Counted from the first letter of the stretch, positions 9,705 through 18,898 are shown. The stretch is 64,000 bases of DNA from an uncultured Pseudomonadales bacterium (GCA_964513845.1 CAZENT010000001.1:149278-213277); one strand, 5' to 3'. Notes: generated from the letters alone by a model not told the origin. A program made the numbers and translations.

Positions 9705-10367
9705 TTACCAATTGATGGGCTTCTGATTGTGAGCTATTAAATACTCGTTCGTTTGGCTAAAGGGGTGACTGCCAAAAAAACCATTGTAAGCAGAAAGGGG
9801 CGAGGGATGAGCTGATTTGATGACCAAATGTTTCTCCGTATCGATAAAGGCGCCTTTTTTCTGGGCATAGTTTCCCCAAAGAATAAAGACAAGATTGGAC
9901 CTCGATTCCGCAAGACGATGAATAATGGCGTCGGTAAATTGTTCCCAGCCTTTGTTTTGATGAGAACCTGCCTGATGAGCCCTGACAGTAAGAGTGGCAT
10001 TGAGAAGCAAGACCCCTTCTTTGACCCAGTGTTCCAAGTTGCCAGATTGAGGGCGGGCTTTACCGATGTCTGCGGTCAGCTCTTTATAAATGTTTTGTAG
10101 AGATGGCGGAAGTGCGACACCGTCCGGAACAGAAAAAGATAGACCGTGAGCCTGACCTGGGCCATGATAAGGATCTTGCCCAAGAATTACGACTCTAACC
10201 TTGTCGACCGGAAGACTGTCTAGAGCATTGAAAATATATTTGCCTGGCGGATAGACTTCTCCTTTTTTGTACTCTTCATGAAGATACTGAGAGAGAGATT
10301 GAAAATATGGCTTCTCAAACTCGTCCCCAAGCAAGGCTTTCCAGGTTTTTTCGAGCTTAACTTCCAT
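9705..10367 (-). CDS. ung: Uracil-DNA glycosylase (family 1)
   Basis: 'ILGQDPYHG', 'PPSL.NI', 'GVLLLN', 'HPSPLS'. Confidence 0.96.
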   Translation of the reverse strand: MEVKLEKTWKALLGDEFEKPYFQSLSQYLHEEYKKGEVYPPGKYIFNALDSLPVDKVRVVILGQDPYHGPGQAHGLSFSVPDGVALPPSLQNIYKELTADIGKARPQSGNLEHWVKEGVLLLNATLTVRAHQAGSHQNKGWEQFTDAIIHRLAESRSNLVFILWGNYAQKKGAFIDTEKHLVIKSAHPSPLSAYNGFFGSHPFSQTNEYLIAHNQKPINW

Positions 10368-10967
10368 CTAGTTGCCGGAAGGAATGTTGGCCGGCATGGT
10401 CGGAATATTTTTCATCATTTCACTCAAATCTGTGAATTGAACGTCTGAAGGAATGGTGAATTTGCTGTTGTCGACTATCCAGTTGGTACATTTCATGGCC
10501 ACTTTTTCATCAAGATCGACTGCTCCCCCCTGAGAATTGCCACCTTTTGACTCTTCTTCTGCCGGTTCAACTATTTTCATTTTCATTCCTTGAGATTTTG
10601 AGTCAACGTTCCATGAGTACATGAAGGAACCATCTGAGATCATGCGCATGTTCATTTTGGGAATTTCTTTGTCGGTACTGGTAACGGAAACATCTTGGGC
10701 CATTTTTTTGCCGGAGATGTAGATTGTTCCAACTGTGTCTGTTTTGGTTCCGTCATCGTCAGTGCTGGTTGTGGTAACAGTGCATTTTTGGTTTTTTCCA
10801 ATAGCGAGAAGTTCACGTAAAGAAGAAGATTGAGATTGTTCTACTTCTGTTTCCTCGGGCTTGTTTTCACCGTCTTGATTTTCGGTTCCAACTGGAGCTT
10901 TGGTGGTGCAAGCGGAAAGAAAGATAGCGAAAAAAATAACGAGAGGAAAAACGGCTTTTTTACTCAT
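10368..10967 (-). CDS. Putative lipoprotein
   Basis: Signal peptide with lipobox LSAC; start likely MSKKAV (TATACT upstream). Confidence 0.7.
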   Translation of the reverse strand: MSKKAVFPLVIFFAIFLSACTTKAPVGTENQDGENKPEETEVEQSQSSSLRELLAIGKNQKCTVTTTSTDDDGTKTDTVGTIYISGKKMAQDVSVTSTDKEIPKMNMRMISDGSFMYSWNVDSKSQGMKMKIVEPAEEESKGGNSQGGAVDLDEKVAMKCTNWIVDNSKFTIPSDVQFTDLSEMMKNIPTMPANIPSGN

Positions 10968-11038
10968 ATATTCGTAGTATAACAAATAGAAAGAGACTTG
11001 TTATCAAGCCAATTCAAAAGGGTGGTATAATATAGGCT

Positions 11039-11707
11039 ATGACATATTTTAACCGAGGTGGAGGTGACAGTCGATCCCAATTTTATAGTCCAAGAGAAGG
11101 TTTTGGATCAAGAGGTAATGACAGAGGATCTGAGAGAAAAGAGATGTTTGACGCAGTGTGCGCCAAATGTGGCTCAGCTTGTCAGGTTCCTTTTAAACCA
11201 AATGGCAGAAAAGAAGTTTTTTGTAGTAAATGTTTTGGTGAAATGAACGGTGAAGAACCTCGTGGTGGTGGAAATAGATTTGAGAGTAGAGGCAATGACA
11301 GAGGTTTTGGAGACAGACCAAGGTTCGACAAACCCATGTTCAGTGCTATTTGTGATGAATGTGGAGATAACTGCCAAGTTCCTTTTGAACCAAGAAATGG
11401 CAAACCAGTTCTTTGTAGTGATTGTTTCGCTAAAAAGGATGGTGGAAGAGACTTTGCTCCAAGATCATTCTCACCTTCAGCCAGACCAGCAAACACTTCC
11501 AGCAATATTGATCTTAGTGAACTATGTGCCAAATTGGACAAAATCATTAAATTGCTTACTCCTGAGTCTCCCAAGAATATAACTGAGAAAATAATTGAAG
11601 AGATTGAAGCCAGTTCCGGAAAAGAAGTGGTTGCTCCTAAGAAAAAGGCTAAGAAAGCCACATCCTCCAAAGGCGGATTGAGTACAAAGAAAATCGTAAA
11701 AGAATAA
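11039..11707 (+). CDS. Protein with two CxxC-x17-CxxC zinc-ribbon domains and RG-rich linkers
   Basis: 'CAKC...VPFKP...FCSKC' and 'CDEC...VPFEP...LCSDC'. Confidence 0.88.
   Translation: MTYFNRGGGDSRSQFYSPREGFGSRGNDRGSERKEMFDAVCAKCGSACQVPFKPNGRKEVFCSKCFGEMNGEEPRGGGNRFESRGNDRGFGDRPRFDKPMFSAICDECGDNCQVPFEPRNGKPVLCSDCFAKKDGGRDFAPRSFSPSARPANTSSNIDLSELCAKLDKIIKLLTPESPKNITEKIIEEIEASSGKEVVAPKKKAKKATSSKGGLSTKKIVKE
11662..11678. repeat. Short imperfect palindrome ATCCTCCAAAGGCGGAT inside CDS; related to 30231-30247
   Basis: 15/17 identical to ATCCGCCAGAGGCGGAT downstream of groEL. Confidence 0.4.
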
Positions 11708-11727
11708 TTTTTAATTAAGCAATTAAA

Positions 11728-11759
11728 ACAAAAAGAGACTCTTTGGAGTCTCTTTTTGT
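11728..11759. terminator. Bidirectional intrinsic terminator
   Basis: ACAAAAAGAGACTC-TTTG-GAGTCTCTTTTTGT between convergent genes. Confidence 0.8.
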
Positions 11760-11771
11760 AATGTACACTAA

Positions 11772-12449
11772 CTATCTCTTTCTAATTATTTTGCTGAGAA
11801 TGAACAGCGCTCCTATGATGACAAGATTGAGAAGAATACTGGCACAGATAGTTTTCCATAAAATGTCGAGGATGGTCCAGACAAAGGAGTTGGAGCTAAG
11901 AAAAATTTGAAAACCAAAATACCAAGCGGCTAAAGCGACAACTAGAGAAATAATCACAAAGGGAAGAGCTTGTTTGATATCTGGCCAACTGGGAAAGAAG
12001 GAGTTGGCGATGGTGAAGAATAAATAACCTTCAAGAAGAACAATCCAGTAATTACCGGAAAAATAACTTGTCTGAATCAAAGAAGCAAGCCAGATTAAAA
12101 GAGCAATGCCAGTAATAAAAGGGGCGATGCCAACGAGAAATCCTCTAATCGGATTGAGCTTTTGGGTCTGAACGGAGCCTAGAGCCACGCTAGTATGATT
12201 ATCATTTTCTTCATCTAAATACTCGGGGAATATTTCGATTTTGCCCGTGCGAGCTCCTGTAAGAGCTGCGACAAGAAAATGGGAAATCTCATGAACAATT
12301 GTGCCGGGAAGAAAAATGATACTCCAGATAACAATGGCTGAGTGTTGACTGCCTCCAAGCCGATGAACAAGTCGGGAAATATCGGTGGTCATTTGCTTTT
12401 TGGTAAGAAAAAGACCAAGGAGAGATAGAATTACAAAAAGTAGAGGCAT
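11772..12449 (-). CDS. Membrane protein with HEXXH motif (peptidase M50-like)
   Basis: 'FLPGTIVHEISH', 'GIAP', 'FPSWPD', several TM helices. Confidence 0.7.
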   Translation of the reverse strand: MPLLFVILSLLGLFLTKKQMTTDISRLVHRLGGSQHSAIVIWSIIFLPGTIVHEISHFLVAALTGARTGKIEIFPEYLDEENDNHTSVALGSVQTQKLNPIRGFLVGIAPFITGIALLIWLASLIQTSYFSGNYWIVLLEGYLFFTIANSFFPSWPDIKQALPFVIISLVVALAAWYFGFQIFLSSNSFVWTILDILWKTICASILLNLVIIGALFILSKIIRKR

Positions 12450-12470
12450 TAATTAATTCTATATCACCTA

Positions 12471-12501
12471 TTGACCTTCCAGTTACTGGAAGGTGTATAG
12501 T
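12471..12501 (+). promoter_or_regulatory. MerR-type promoter/operator (CueR-box)
   Basis: -35 TTGACC (12471-76), 19-bp spacer, -10 TATAGT (12496-501); perfect dyad ACCTTCCAGT-T-ACTGGAAGGT (12474-94) equals ACCTTCC-N7-GGAAGGT. Confidence 0.9.
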
Positions 12502-12508
12502 CGTTTAA

Positions 12509-12919
12509 ATGAAGAAATATTCTATTGGACAAGTGGCAGAAATAACCGGACTTTCGACAAAAACGTTACGTTTTTATGAAGAAAATGAAATTATTGAGAG
12601 CGCTTCGCGTAAGGAAAACGGATACCGATATTTTTCTGAAGAAAATTTAGATGAAATTAAGCTTATTAAATATGCCAAAGATCTAGGATTGCCTCTTTCG
12701 GAAATCAAAAAACTAATGATCGGCTGTACAGGCGGAGATTGCAAACAGACAAAAGCATATAACGAAAAAGTAATTGGTGATTATGTGGCGTTGTTGACCG
12801 AGAGAATAAAACAGATGGAAATATTAAGAAAGAGATTGCGAGAGGTACAAAAAAATGGACCATATTGCTGTGATGTTCTTCAACAATTATCAATTAACAA
12901 TGGAAAGCGAGGTGAATAA
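12509..12919 (+). CDS. MerR-family metal-responsive transcriptional regulator (CueR/ZntR/CadR-like)
   Basis: 'YSIGQVAEITGLSTKTLRFYE', 'NGYRYF', 'LGLPLSEIK'; Cys in 'GCTGGDC' and C-terminal 'YCCD'. Confidence 0.92.
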   Translation: MKKYSIGQVAEITGLSTKTLRFYEENEIIESASRKENGYRYFSEENLDEIKLIKYAKDLGLPLSEIKKLMIGCTGGDCKQTKAYNEKVIGDYVALLTERIKQMEILRKRLREVQKNGPYCCDVLQQLSINNGKRGE

Positions 12920-12922
12920 TAT

Positions 12923-12985
12923 ATGAAAAACTGTACATGCTGTGGCAGTGAGTGCAAATGTGGAGATTGTAAGTGCGGTAAGTAA
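12923..12985 (+). CDS. 20-aa Cys-rich metallothionein-like peptide MKNCTCCGSECKCGDCKCGK (below ORF-track cutoff)
   Basis: ATG 3 nt after the MerR stop, SD GAGGTGA at 12909-15, 7 Cys in CxC/CC/CxxC motifs, hairpin downstream. Confidence 0.8.
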   Translation: MKNCTCCGSECKCGDCKCGK

Positions 12986-12991
12986 GATTTG

Positions 12992-13020
12992 TTGACGCTT
13001 GGTCCGCGGCTGAGCGTCAA
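12992..13020 (+). terminator. Hairpin after the MerR-peptide operon (probable terminator or stabiliser)
   Basis: TTGACGCT...AGCGTCAA inverted repeat; no clear U-tract. Confidence 0.45.
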
Positions 13021-13122
13021 AGAGTCGTGGAGAATTTTGATAAGTATTGTGGACGCAGGCGATTCTTCGTCTGATTCTTGGTAGGCTAGCCTTGCGTGGA
13101 TTTTAGAAGCTAACTTGCTTGA

Positions 13123-13710
13123 TTATTGTATTCCAAAATCAATTTTTCTTTGTTCAATAATTTTATTTTCAATTTCGGGATTGTAAATCGCTTCGACTTC
13201 GAGGAGAGAAGAAAATGTCTGAGCAATACAAAGGTATTTATCCCGACTTGGAAAGTCAAAATACTTGACCGAAAGATTTTCATGTACAAAGGGCTTAAGT
13301 TTTTGATCTTTGGAAAAATTAAAGAAAATGGCGACAGTTTCTTGACGGTTTTTGTGAAGCAGATAAGTTAAAGAGAGCCAAATAACTTTGGCCATCCGGG
13401 CAAGATCACAGTAAACTGTAATTTTGTCTGTGGAATTAATTGTTCGAGAGACAAATTCTAAATTTTGTGGAGTGGTGAGTGACTGGTCTTCTAGTTCAAC
13501 CAATATTCCTGGATTGAGTTTGATAATGTAGTTGCGAACTGTCTCTGCTTCGGATATTTCCGGGGATTTGCTGTTTGTGTGGCCACCACAAACGATAATT
13601 TTTTCGACCTGGTTTTCTTGAGTTTCTTTGACAACCATTTCGACATATTGTCGGTATTCTTGATTTGACTCTTCAAATACTCCGTAACAGAGCAAGATGT
13701 TTATTTTCAT
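13123..13710 (-). CDS. YdcF / DUF218-like protein
   Basis: 'IIVCGG', 'SEAE', 'EDQSLTTPQN'; start likely MKINILL (TATACT upstream). Confidence 0.65.
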   Translation of the reverse strand: MKINILLCYGVFEESNQEYRQYVEMVVKETQENQVEKIIVCGGHTNSKSPEISEAETVRNYIIKLNPGILVELEDQSLTTPQNLEFVSRTINSTDKITVYCDLARMAKVIWLSLTYLLHKNRQETVAIFFNFSKDQKLKPFVHENLSVKYFDFPSRDKYLCIAQTFSSLLEVEAIYNPEIENKIIEQRKIDFGIQ

Positions 13711-13787
13711 ATTATTTAGTATAGGGGTTTTGTGATATTTGGTCCGTGGGGTTGCGCCATTTGTTGCGAAAATAATGGGTGGAAATT

Positions 13788-16787
13788 CTATCTTTGGCAA
13801 TGACTTTTAAACGGACAGGTGGCACATTTGGTGAAGTCTTCGGTACGGGTGAAGTCCAGGTCGCGGATCTTAGCAACAGAGTCTTTGATTTCTTTTTTTA
13901 GATTGGTGACATCTTCATCGGAGATAATGAAATTTTCTCGGTGGAAATTATTTTGGGCATCGGGCTCAAGGAAGTCTATCTGCGTTTCTTTAACTTCGTA
14001 CTGAAAAGATTTATCCAGCTCGGCCAAAAGCTGGTAGAAAGTGAGCTGACGTTTGTAATCGCCGTCGGAGTTCTTGGTGTTGCCTTCTATTTCATTTCTG
14101 GTTTTGGATTTTCCTGTTTTGTAATCGATGACACGAACGTGATTGTTGGTATGAGATTGCTTCGTCGTCCCTACTCCTCGCAATGACGGAGTCGTGTACT
14201 CGATGCGGTCAACTTTGCCAGTAAGAGCAATATCATCGAGATGAATTTGAGAAGTGAGAGAGGTGCCGAAGTTTTTTTCGGTAAAAAGACAGGCTGTGAA
14301 ATCTTTGGCATAGTGATCGTAATATGCGGTGAGAACTTTTTTACCATGAGCGAGGCGATCTTTGAAATCGGTTTCGGTCATGATTTCTCTTTGGAGAGCG
14401 GCTTCAAAATCATTGAGGAAAATTTCTTTTGGTTCTAATTTGCCATTATTTAGCTCTCTATACAGCTGCTCAAGGGCGTAGTGAACGGCGGTACCGAAAC
14501 ACATGGCCGGAGCTTTAGCTCTCGGGATCCTGTAGAGATTATCGAGCTTGAATTTATAGTGACAGCGGAGATATGTATTGAGGGAGGTTGGGGAAAACTT
14601 GAGGTCTTTGACTATTTCTCGCAGATACTCGGCTTCGCCATCGTGAAGAGTGACTTCGGCGGCTGGAGACATAAGGGAGGCGAGAATTTTGGTGGCGGCA
14701 CTTTCGAATTTTTTGGTGTCCACTTTTTCAATATTTTCTTTCGGCAAGTCTTCAAGGAACATTGCAGGAAAAATCATTTTTGCAGAGTTTGGATACTCGG
14801 TAGAGCCGGTGAGGTAAAGATTTTGTTTGGCTCTTGTGAGGGCTACATAAAAGAGACGGCGTTCTTCGGCATTCTTATCCTCCTTATCGGTATCTTCGTA
14901 AACGATAATGCCGTCGGGGAGCTTAATCATTTCTCTTTTGGCTTTGTTGCCCCAGTGAGTATCGGCAAAACGATATATGTAAACAGTATGCCACTCGAGA
15001 CCTTTGGCTTTGTGGGCAGTGGTGAGGGTGACAGCGTTTTCATTACCAATGAGGACTTGCTCCTCGAGCTTTAGGCTATTCTCCTCCATGATGCCCAGGT
15101 TATAGACGTAACCAAAAAGATCGAGATTGGGAAAAGAAGCAGACTGAGATTTGACGTCGTCAAAGAGAGTGCCGAAACGATTGAGTTCGATGATGGGCTG
15201 GGGAAGGCTCAAAATATATTCGAGAATCCCCGACTCTTGAAGAATCATCTGGAACATTTCAGGGAGAGTGTGGGTAGCAGCTTTGGAATTCCAAGATACA
15301 AATTTGAGATACGCCTCGACGACTTTATCGTCAAGCTCAGGATGATCGGACTGGAGAGAATCTACTAGGGATTTTCTTTCTTGATGAGCAGCTCTACTAA
15401 TTTTGAGAATGGAAAGTGGATTGAGATGAAAATAGGGATAGTTTAATACGGTAAAGAGGTCGAGATCATCGACAGTGTTGTGCAGAGTCGTGGTTACTCT
15501 TAAAATTTTGAGAAACTGGCTGACAAGAGGGGTGGCCAAAATATTGGTGCCACCTTCGAGGCGATATGGAATGTTTTTTTGTTTGAATAAATTGACCAAG
15601 ATATCGACGTCTTTGTTTTCTTTGACTATCACTGCAAAACCTTTGGGGCTTGCCCCCTTTTCAATTTTTTCTTGGATGTCACTCGTTATGAATTCGTCCT
15701 CAAGAATGGTGGAGCTAAACTCGACGGTTTTGATTTTCTGATCTTTCAAATCGGTATTGGAGTGGAGGGCAGTTTCTCCCAAGAGCGCGGCGGCGGAGTC
15801 GAGAATGGTTTGGGTGGAACGATAGCTTTGATCGAGAACTATTTTGGTGTGACCAGGGAAGGATTTTTCAAATTCGCGAACATTTTCTTTGCTGGCGCCC
15901 TGGAAACGGAAAATACTTTGATTAGGGTCTCCGACCGCAAAGATATTGGCATTTTCTCCCCAAAAACTGGCAAGAGCGAAGATGAGGCGGTTTTGGGCCG
16001 AGTTGGTGTCTTGATATTCATCGACTAAAAGATACTGGAATTTTTCTTGGTAACCCAAGAGAAAATCGGCGTCTTTTTCAAAGGCTTCGACAACCCAGTT
16101 GATCATGTCATTGAAATCAAATCTGCCTAATGACGTCAGTTTGTTTTGATATTTTTCGTAAATATCTAAGAGATCGAGATTTTTGCCAACTAGTTTTTCT
16201 TTCTCGAGACGAGCAGTTTTGCTGAGATTGTCTTTTTCAATTTCATATTCGTCTTTGAGAAGTGAAACCAGTTGCGAGTATTTTTCGATGGTGAAGCCCT
16301 CGCGCTTAAGGTCGGAGATACTACTTAAGATGTAGGGGAGATAAAAGAGGGTGTCACCTATGGGTTTTAAGAGGACGAAGTTTCCCTGCTGCAAAATTTC
16401 TTGGATAATTTGAATCTTTTCTAGATCGGTGACGTTTTGCATACCGGCAGGCTTACTAAATCTCTCTGGATTTTGGGCAATAACATCGGCGCAAAAAGCA
16501 TGAAAAGTGGTGACTTGGACAAGATAGCCGTCTTTACCAATTAGTTTGATGAGACGCTCACGCATTTCTTTGGTGGCCGCTTCGGTAAAGGTGAGGGCAA
16601 GGATGGAGCTGGGGTCAGTGTCAGTTTCTTTGAGAATATTGGCAATTCTGGTGGTGAGAACTTGGGTTTTGCCTGTGCCTGGACCTGCGAGAACCAAAAC
16701 AGGACCCTCGATAGTATCGACAGCTTTTCTTTGCGCGTCGTTTAATTTTTTATACACTGAGTCAAATTCGAGAGTGGTTTGAGGCAT
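13788..16787 (-). CDS. UvrD/Rep helicase fused to a C-terminal PD-(D/E)XK nuclease with Fe-S cysteines (AdnA/B- or AddA-like)
   Basis: 'LAGPGTGKT', 'VDEYQDTN', 'HKAKGLEW', 'EERRLFYVALTRA', 'GKVDRI...IDYKTG', 'LRCHY' and 'CATCPFKSHC'. Confidence 0.9.
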   Translation of the reverse strand: MPQTTLEFDSVYKKLNDAQRKAVDTIEGPVLVLAGPGTGKTQVLTTRIANILKETDTDPSSILALTFTEAATKEMRERLIKLIGKDGYLVQVTTFHAFCADVIAQNPERFSKPAGMQNVTDLEKIQIIQEILQQGNFVLLKPIGDTLFYLPYILSSISDLKREGFTIEKYSQLVSLLKDEYEIEKDNLSKTARLEKEKLVGKNLDLLDIYEKYQNKLTSLGRFDFNDMINWVVEAFEKDADFLLGYQEKFQYLLVDEYQDTNSAQNRLIFALASFWGENANIFAVGDPNQSIFRFQGASKENVREFEKSFPGHTKIVLDQSYRSTQTILDSAAALLGETALHSNTDLKDQKIKTVEFSSTILEDEFITSDIQEKIEKGASPKGFAVIVKENKDVDILVNLFKQKNIPYRLEGGTNILATPLVSQFLKILRVTTTLHNTVDDLDLFTVLNYPYFHLNPLSILKISRAAHQERKSLVDSLQSDHPELDDKVVEAYLKFVSWNSKAATHTLPEMFQMILQESGILEYILSLPQPIIELNRFGTLFDDVKSQSASFPNLDLFGYVYNLGIMEENSLKLEEQVLIGNENAVTLTTAHKAKGLEWHTVYIYRFADTHWGNKAKREMIKLPDGIIVYEDTDKEDKNAEERRLFYVALTRAKQNLYLTGSTEYPNSAKMIFPAMFLEDLPKENIEKVDTKKFESAATKILASLMSPAAEVTLHDGEAEYLREIVKDLKFSPTSLNTYLRCHYKFKLDNLYRIPRAKAPAMCFGTAVHYALEQLYRELNNGKLEPKEIFLNDFEAALQREIMTETDFKDRLAHGKKVLTAYYDHYAKDFTACLFTEKNFGTSLTSQIHLDDIALTGKVDRIEYTTPSLRGVGTTKQSHTNNHVRVIDYKTGKSKTRNEIEGNTKNSDGDYKRQLTFYQLLAELDKSFQYEVKETQIDFLEPDAQNNFHRENFIISDEDVTNLKKEIKDSVAKIRDLDFTRTEDFTKCATCPFKSHCQR
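14153..14188. repeat. REP/RPE-like palindromic element inside the helicase-nuclease CDS
   Basis: GAGATTGCTTCGTCGTCCCTACTCCTCGCAATGACG; near-copy at 34197-34231; read as 'SLRGVGTTKQS'. Confidence 0.75.
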
Positions 16788-16815
16788 GTATCCATATTAT
16801 AACGAGAAGATAACA

Positions 16816-16842
16816 AAACCCCCCGAGATTAATCGAGGGGTT
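16816..16842 (-). terminator. Probable intrinsic terminator
   Basis: AACCCC..CGA...TCGAGGGGTT imperfect hairpin with A-run on + (U-run on -). Confidence 0.5.
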
Positions 16843-17003
16843 AAAACTTTTAGGGAAAAAATGTTTGAACAACACCATCAAGAATATCAATTCAGAAGGT
16901 GAATAGAATAAAAAAGGAGCAGAGGAGGTTATATCCCGGAACATTGACAGCAGTTGAAGCTACCGAAGTCGATGATCCAATAACGTATATCAGTTTTCCT
17001 CCT

Positions 17004-17429
17004 TTAGGAAAAATCAATAAATTTCTTTGTTTGTTGTTTTGAGAAGCGCTGGGCAATTGCATCGACGATATCGATGAACATAAAAACAAAAACTGCAAGA
17101 CTGATAAGTAGCCCGACAATGGTGGTCGGATAGTGAGGGTCGGGATTGAAAATGATCAAGTAGGATACGACAGTAATTGCCCATAAAATACCTGACCCAA
17201 ACCCGAGCTTACTATTTTTATTACTAATCATAAAGAATTTGCATATGATCGTAATACTCATCCAAACCGCATAAAGAAATGCAAAGATGAAAAATTCTGT
17301 CGGTTTGGAGTTATGAGCTGAGTATAAACTCCAAAGAACCGGAGTGGTCATTATGAGAAAAAATAATTGGATATTTATAAAAATCAATCCAGTTTTCTGC
17401 CTACAAGAAAAGTAATTTTGAAAGGGCAT
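17004..17429 (-). CDS. Hypothetical membrane protein (about 4 TM)
   Basis: Hydrophobic ORF with AAGGAG SD upstream. Confidence 0.6.
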   Translation of the reverse strand: MPFQNYFSCRQKTGLIFINIQLFFLIMTTPVLWSLYSAHNSKPTEFFIFAFLYAVWMSITIICKFFMISNKNSKLGFGSGILWAITVVSYLIIFNPDPHYPTTIVGLLISLAVFVFMFIDIVDAIAQRFSKQQTKKFIDFS

Positions 17430-17501
17430 TGAGTTTCTCCTTTTTGGAAACGTGAATCAAATTGTTGCGATATTTTACCCAGTTTGTCCCTAAATGTCAA
17501 T

Positions 17502-18500
17502 CTATAGGGTATTGCTTGGAGGAATTTCTTCGGTATCGAGTCCGGACTTGAGACTGTGAGAAGACTCGAGTTTATTACCTATCTGATTCATGGTTTGAGC
17601 CGTGGTGTTCATGGAGTTGTAAGCGTTAGTGAGATGCTTGCCCAAAAGAGTGAAGTTTTCGTTTAATTTTTCGTAGTCTTTTTGGACAGCTCTTAAGAGG
17701 GTAAAGACTTCAGCCGTTTTACCGGCAATTTTTTGGCCCTCCAGGGAAAGGAGAATGGTTTGAAGGTTAGCGTATAAAGTAGTTGGAGAAACAGGATAGA
17801 CCCGAGAATCGCGAGAGATATCTAGAATCTCCTGCTCATTCACAATTTCATAATAGACAGACTCTGAGGGAATATACATGAGGGCAAAGTCGAGAGTGCC
17901 TTCTTCGGGAAGAATGTATTTACCGGAGATGTCTTTTATGTGTTTTTTGACGTCACGAATAAAAGCCGATCTCGCCAGAGTTTTTTCTGATTGAGTGTCT
18001 GATTGGTAAATCTTCTGAAAATTTTCCATGGGGAATTTGGAGTCAATGGGGAGAATACCGGCTTGGGTTTTGATGGCAGCATCGACAATGGCACCACTTT
18101 TGAAATGGTGCTGGAGAACATAGCCAGTTTTCGGGAACATCTGAGAAATTAAGTCTTTGAGAACTTGTTCACCGATGTTGCCTCTTAATTTAGGTGATTT
18201 AAGATAGTCTTGAAGATCTTTCATGGAACGACTGACTTCACCAAAGGCACCGGCTTCTTTTTTTAGATCTCCGATGACCGTGGTGGCCTGATCCAGACGA
18301 GAAAAAAGTTCACGATAGTTTTGCTGGAGCGAGGCTGTAGTTGTTCTGTTGGTAGTGTCAAACGACTGTTGGAGTGATTTGAGCCAGGCATTGAGGGTGG
18401 GATCGGTTTTGGGCTGAGATAACTGAGACCTGAGAAGAAAATACAGAATGAGTAAGCCAAGGAAGAGAAAAACAATTACAATTATGGTATCAGTTGACAT
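17502..18500 (-). CDS. rmuC: DNA recombination protein RmuC
   Basis: N-terminal TM, coiled coil, 'RGNIGEQVL', 'IDSKFP', 'DFALMYIPSE', 'VSPTTL'. Confidence 0.92.
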   Translation of the reverse strand: MSTDTIIVIVFLFLGLLILYFLLRSQLSQPKTDPTLNAWLKSLQQSFDTTNRTTTASLQQNYRELFSRLDQATTVIGDLKKEAGAFGEVSRSMKDLQDYLKSPKLRGNIGEQVLKDLISQMFPKTGYVLQHHFKSGAIVDAAIKTQAGILPIDSKFPMENFQKIYQSDTQSEKTLARSAFIRDVKKHIKDISGKYILPEEGTLDFALMYIPSESVYYEIVNEQEILDISRDSRVYPVSPTTLYANLQTILLSLEGQKIAGKTAEVFTLLRAVQKDYEKLNENFTLLGKHLTNAYNSMNTTAQTMNQIGNKLESSHSLKSGLDTEEIPPSNTL

Positions 18501-18517
18501 GAATTCATTTTACATTA

Positions 18518-18889
18518 ATGGAACGAAACAAACACGAAAGAAATAAGAAGTACGGATGGCTGATATTTTTTGCACTACTCAACTGGATAGCTATTGCATT
18601 GACTGTTTGGAAAATTGATCCTGATAATATGGCGAATTTCTTGTTTCACGGAAGTTACTTGCCGATGGGAATTTTACTTACAGGCGGAATCTTTTGGCTT
18701 CTTTCAATCTTGATGCTCTCCTCTGTGCGCGCCCTTAGGTGGACTTTGGGCATTATGATGTATATATATTTAAGAATTTGGGGATTAGGATCGATTTTGA
18801 ATGGCGTTTTGATTTTGGGATTACTGTCTGTTTGGGAAGTGTATAGTTACAAGAAAAAACCAAGGGAGACTGTGTTACACTTTGATTAA
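18518..18889 (+). CDS. Hypothetical membrane protein
   Basis: 123 aa, 3-4 TM helices. Confidence 0.65.
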   Translation: MERNKHERNKKYGWLIFFALLNWIAIALTVWKIDPDNMANFLFHGSYLPMGILLTGGIFWLLSILMLSSVRALRWTLGIMMYIYLRIWGLGSILNGVLILGLLSVWEVYSYKKKPRETVLHFD

Positions 18890-18898
18890 TTAAAGTTA

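Noticed and set aside
13021-13122. Weak inverted repeat ACGCA-GGC...GCC-T-TGCGT after the metallothionein-like gene
   Set aside because: Short, imperfect pairing consistent with chance
16843-17003. Strong SD (AAAGGAGG) and short hydrophobic frames downstream of the 17004-17429 gene
   Set aside because: No standard start codon at proper spacing and no coherent ORF; possibly a decayed gene but unsupported
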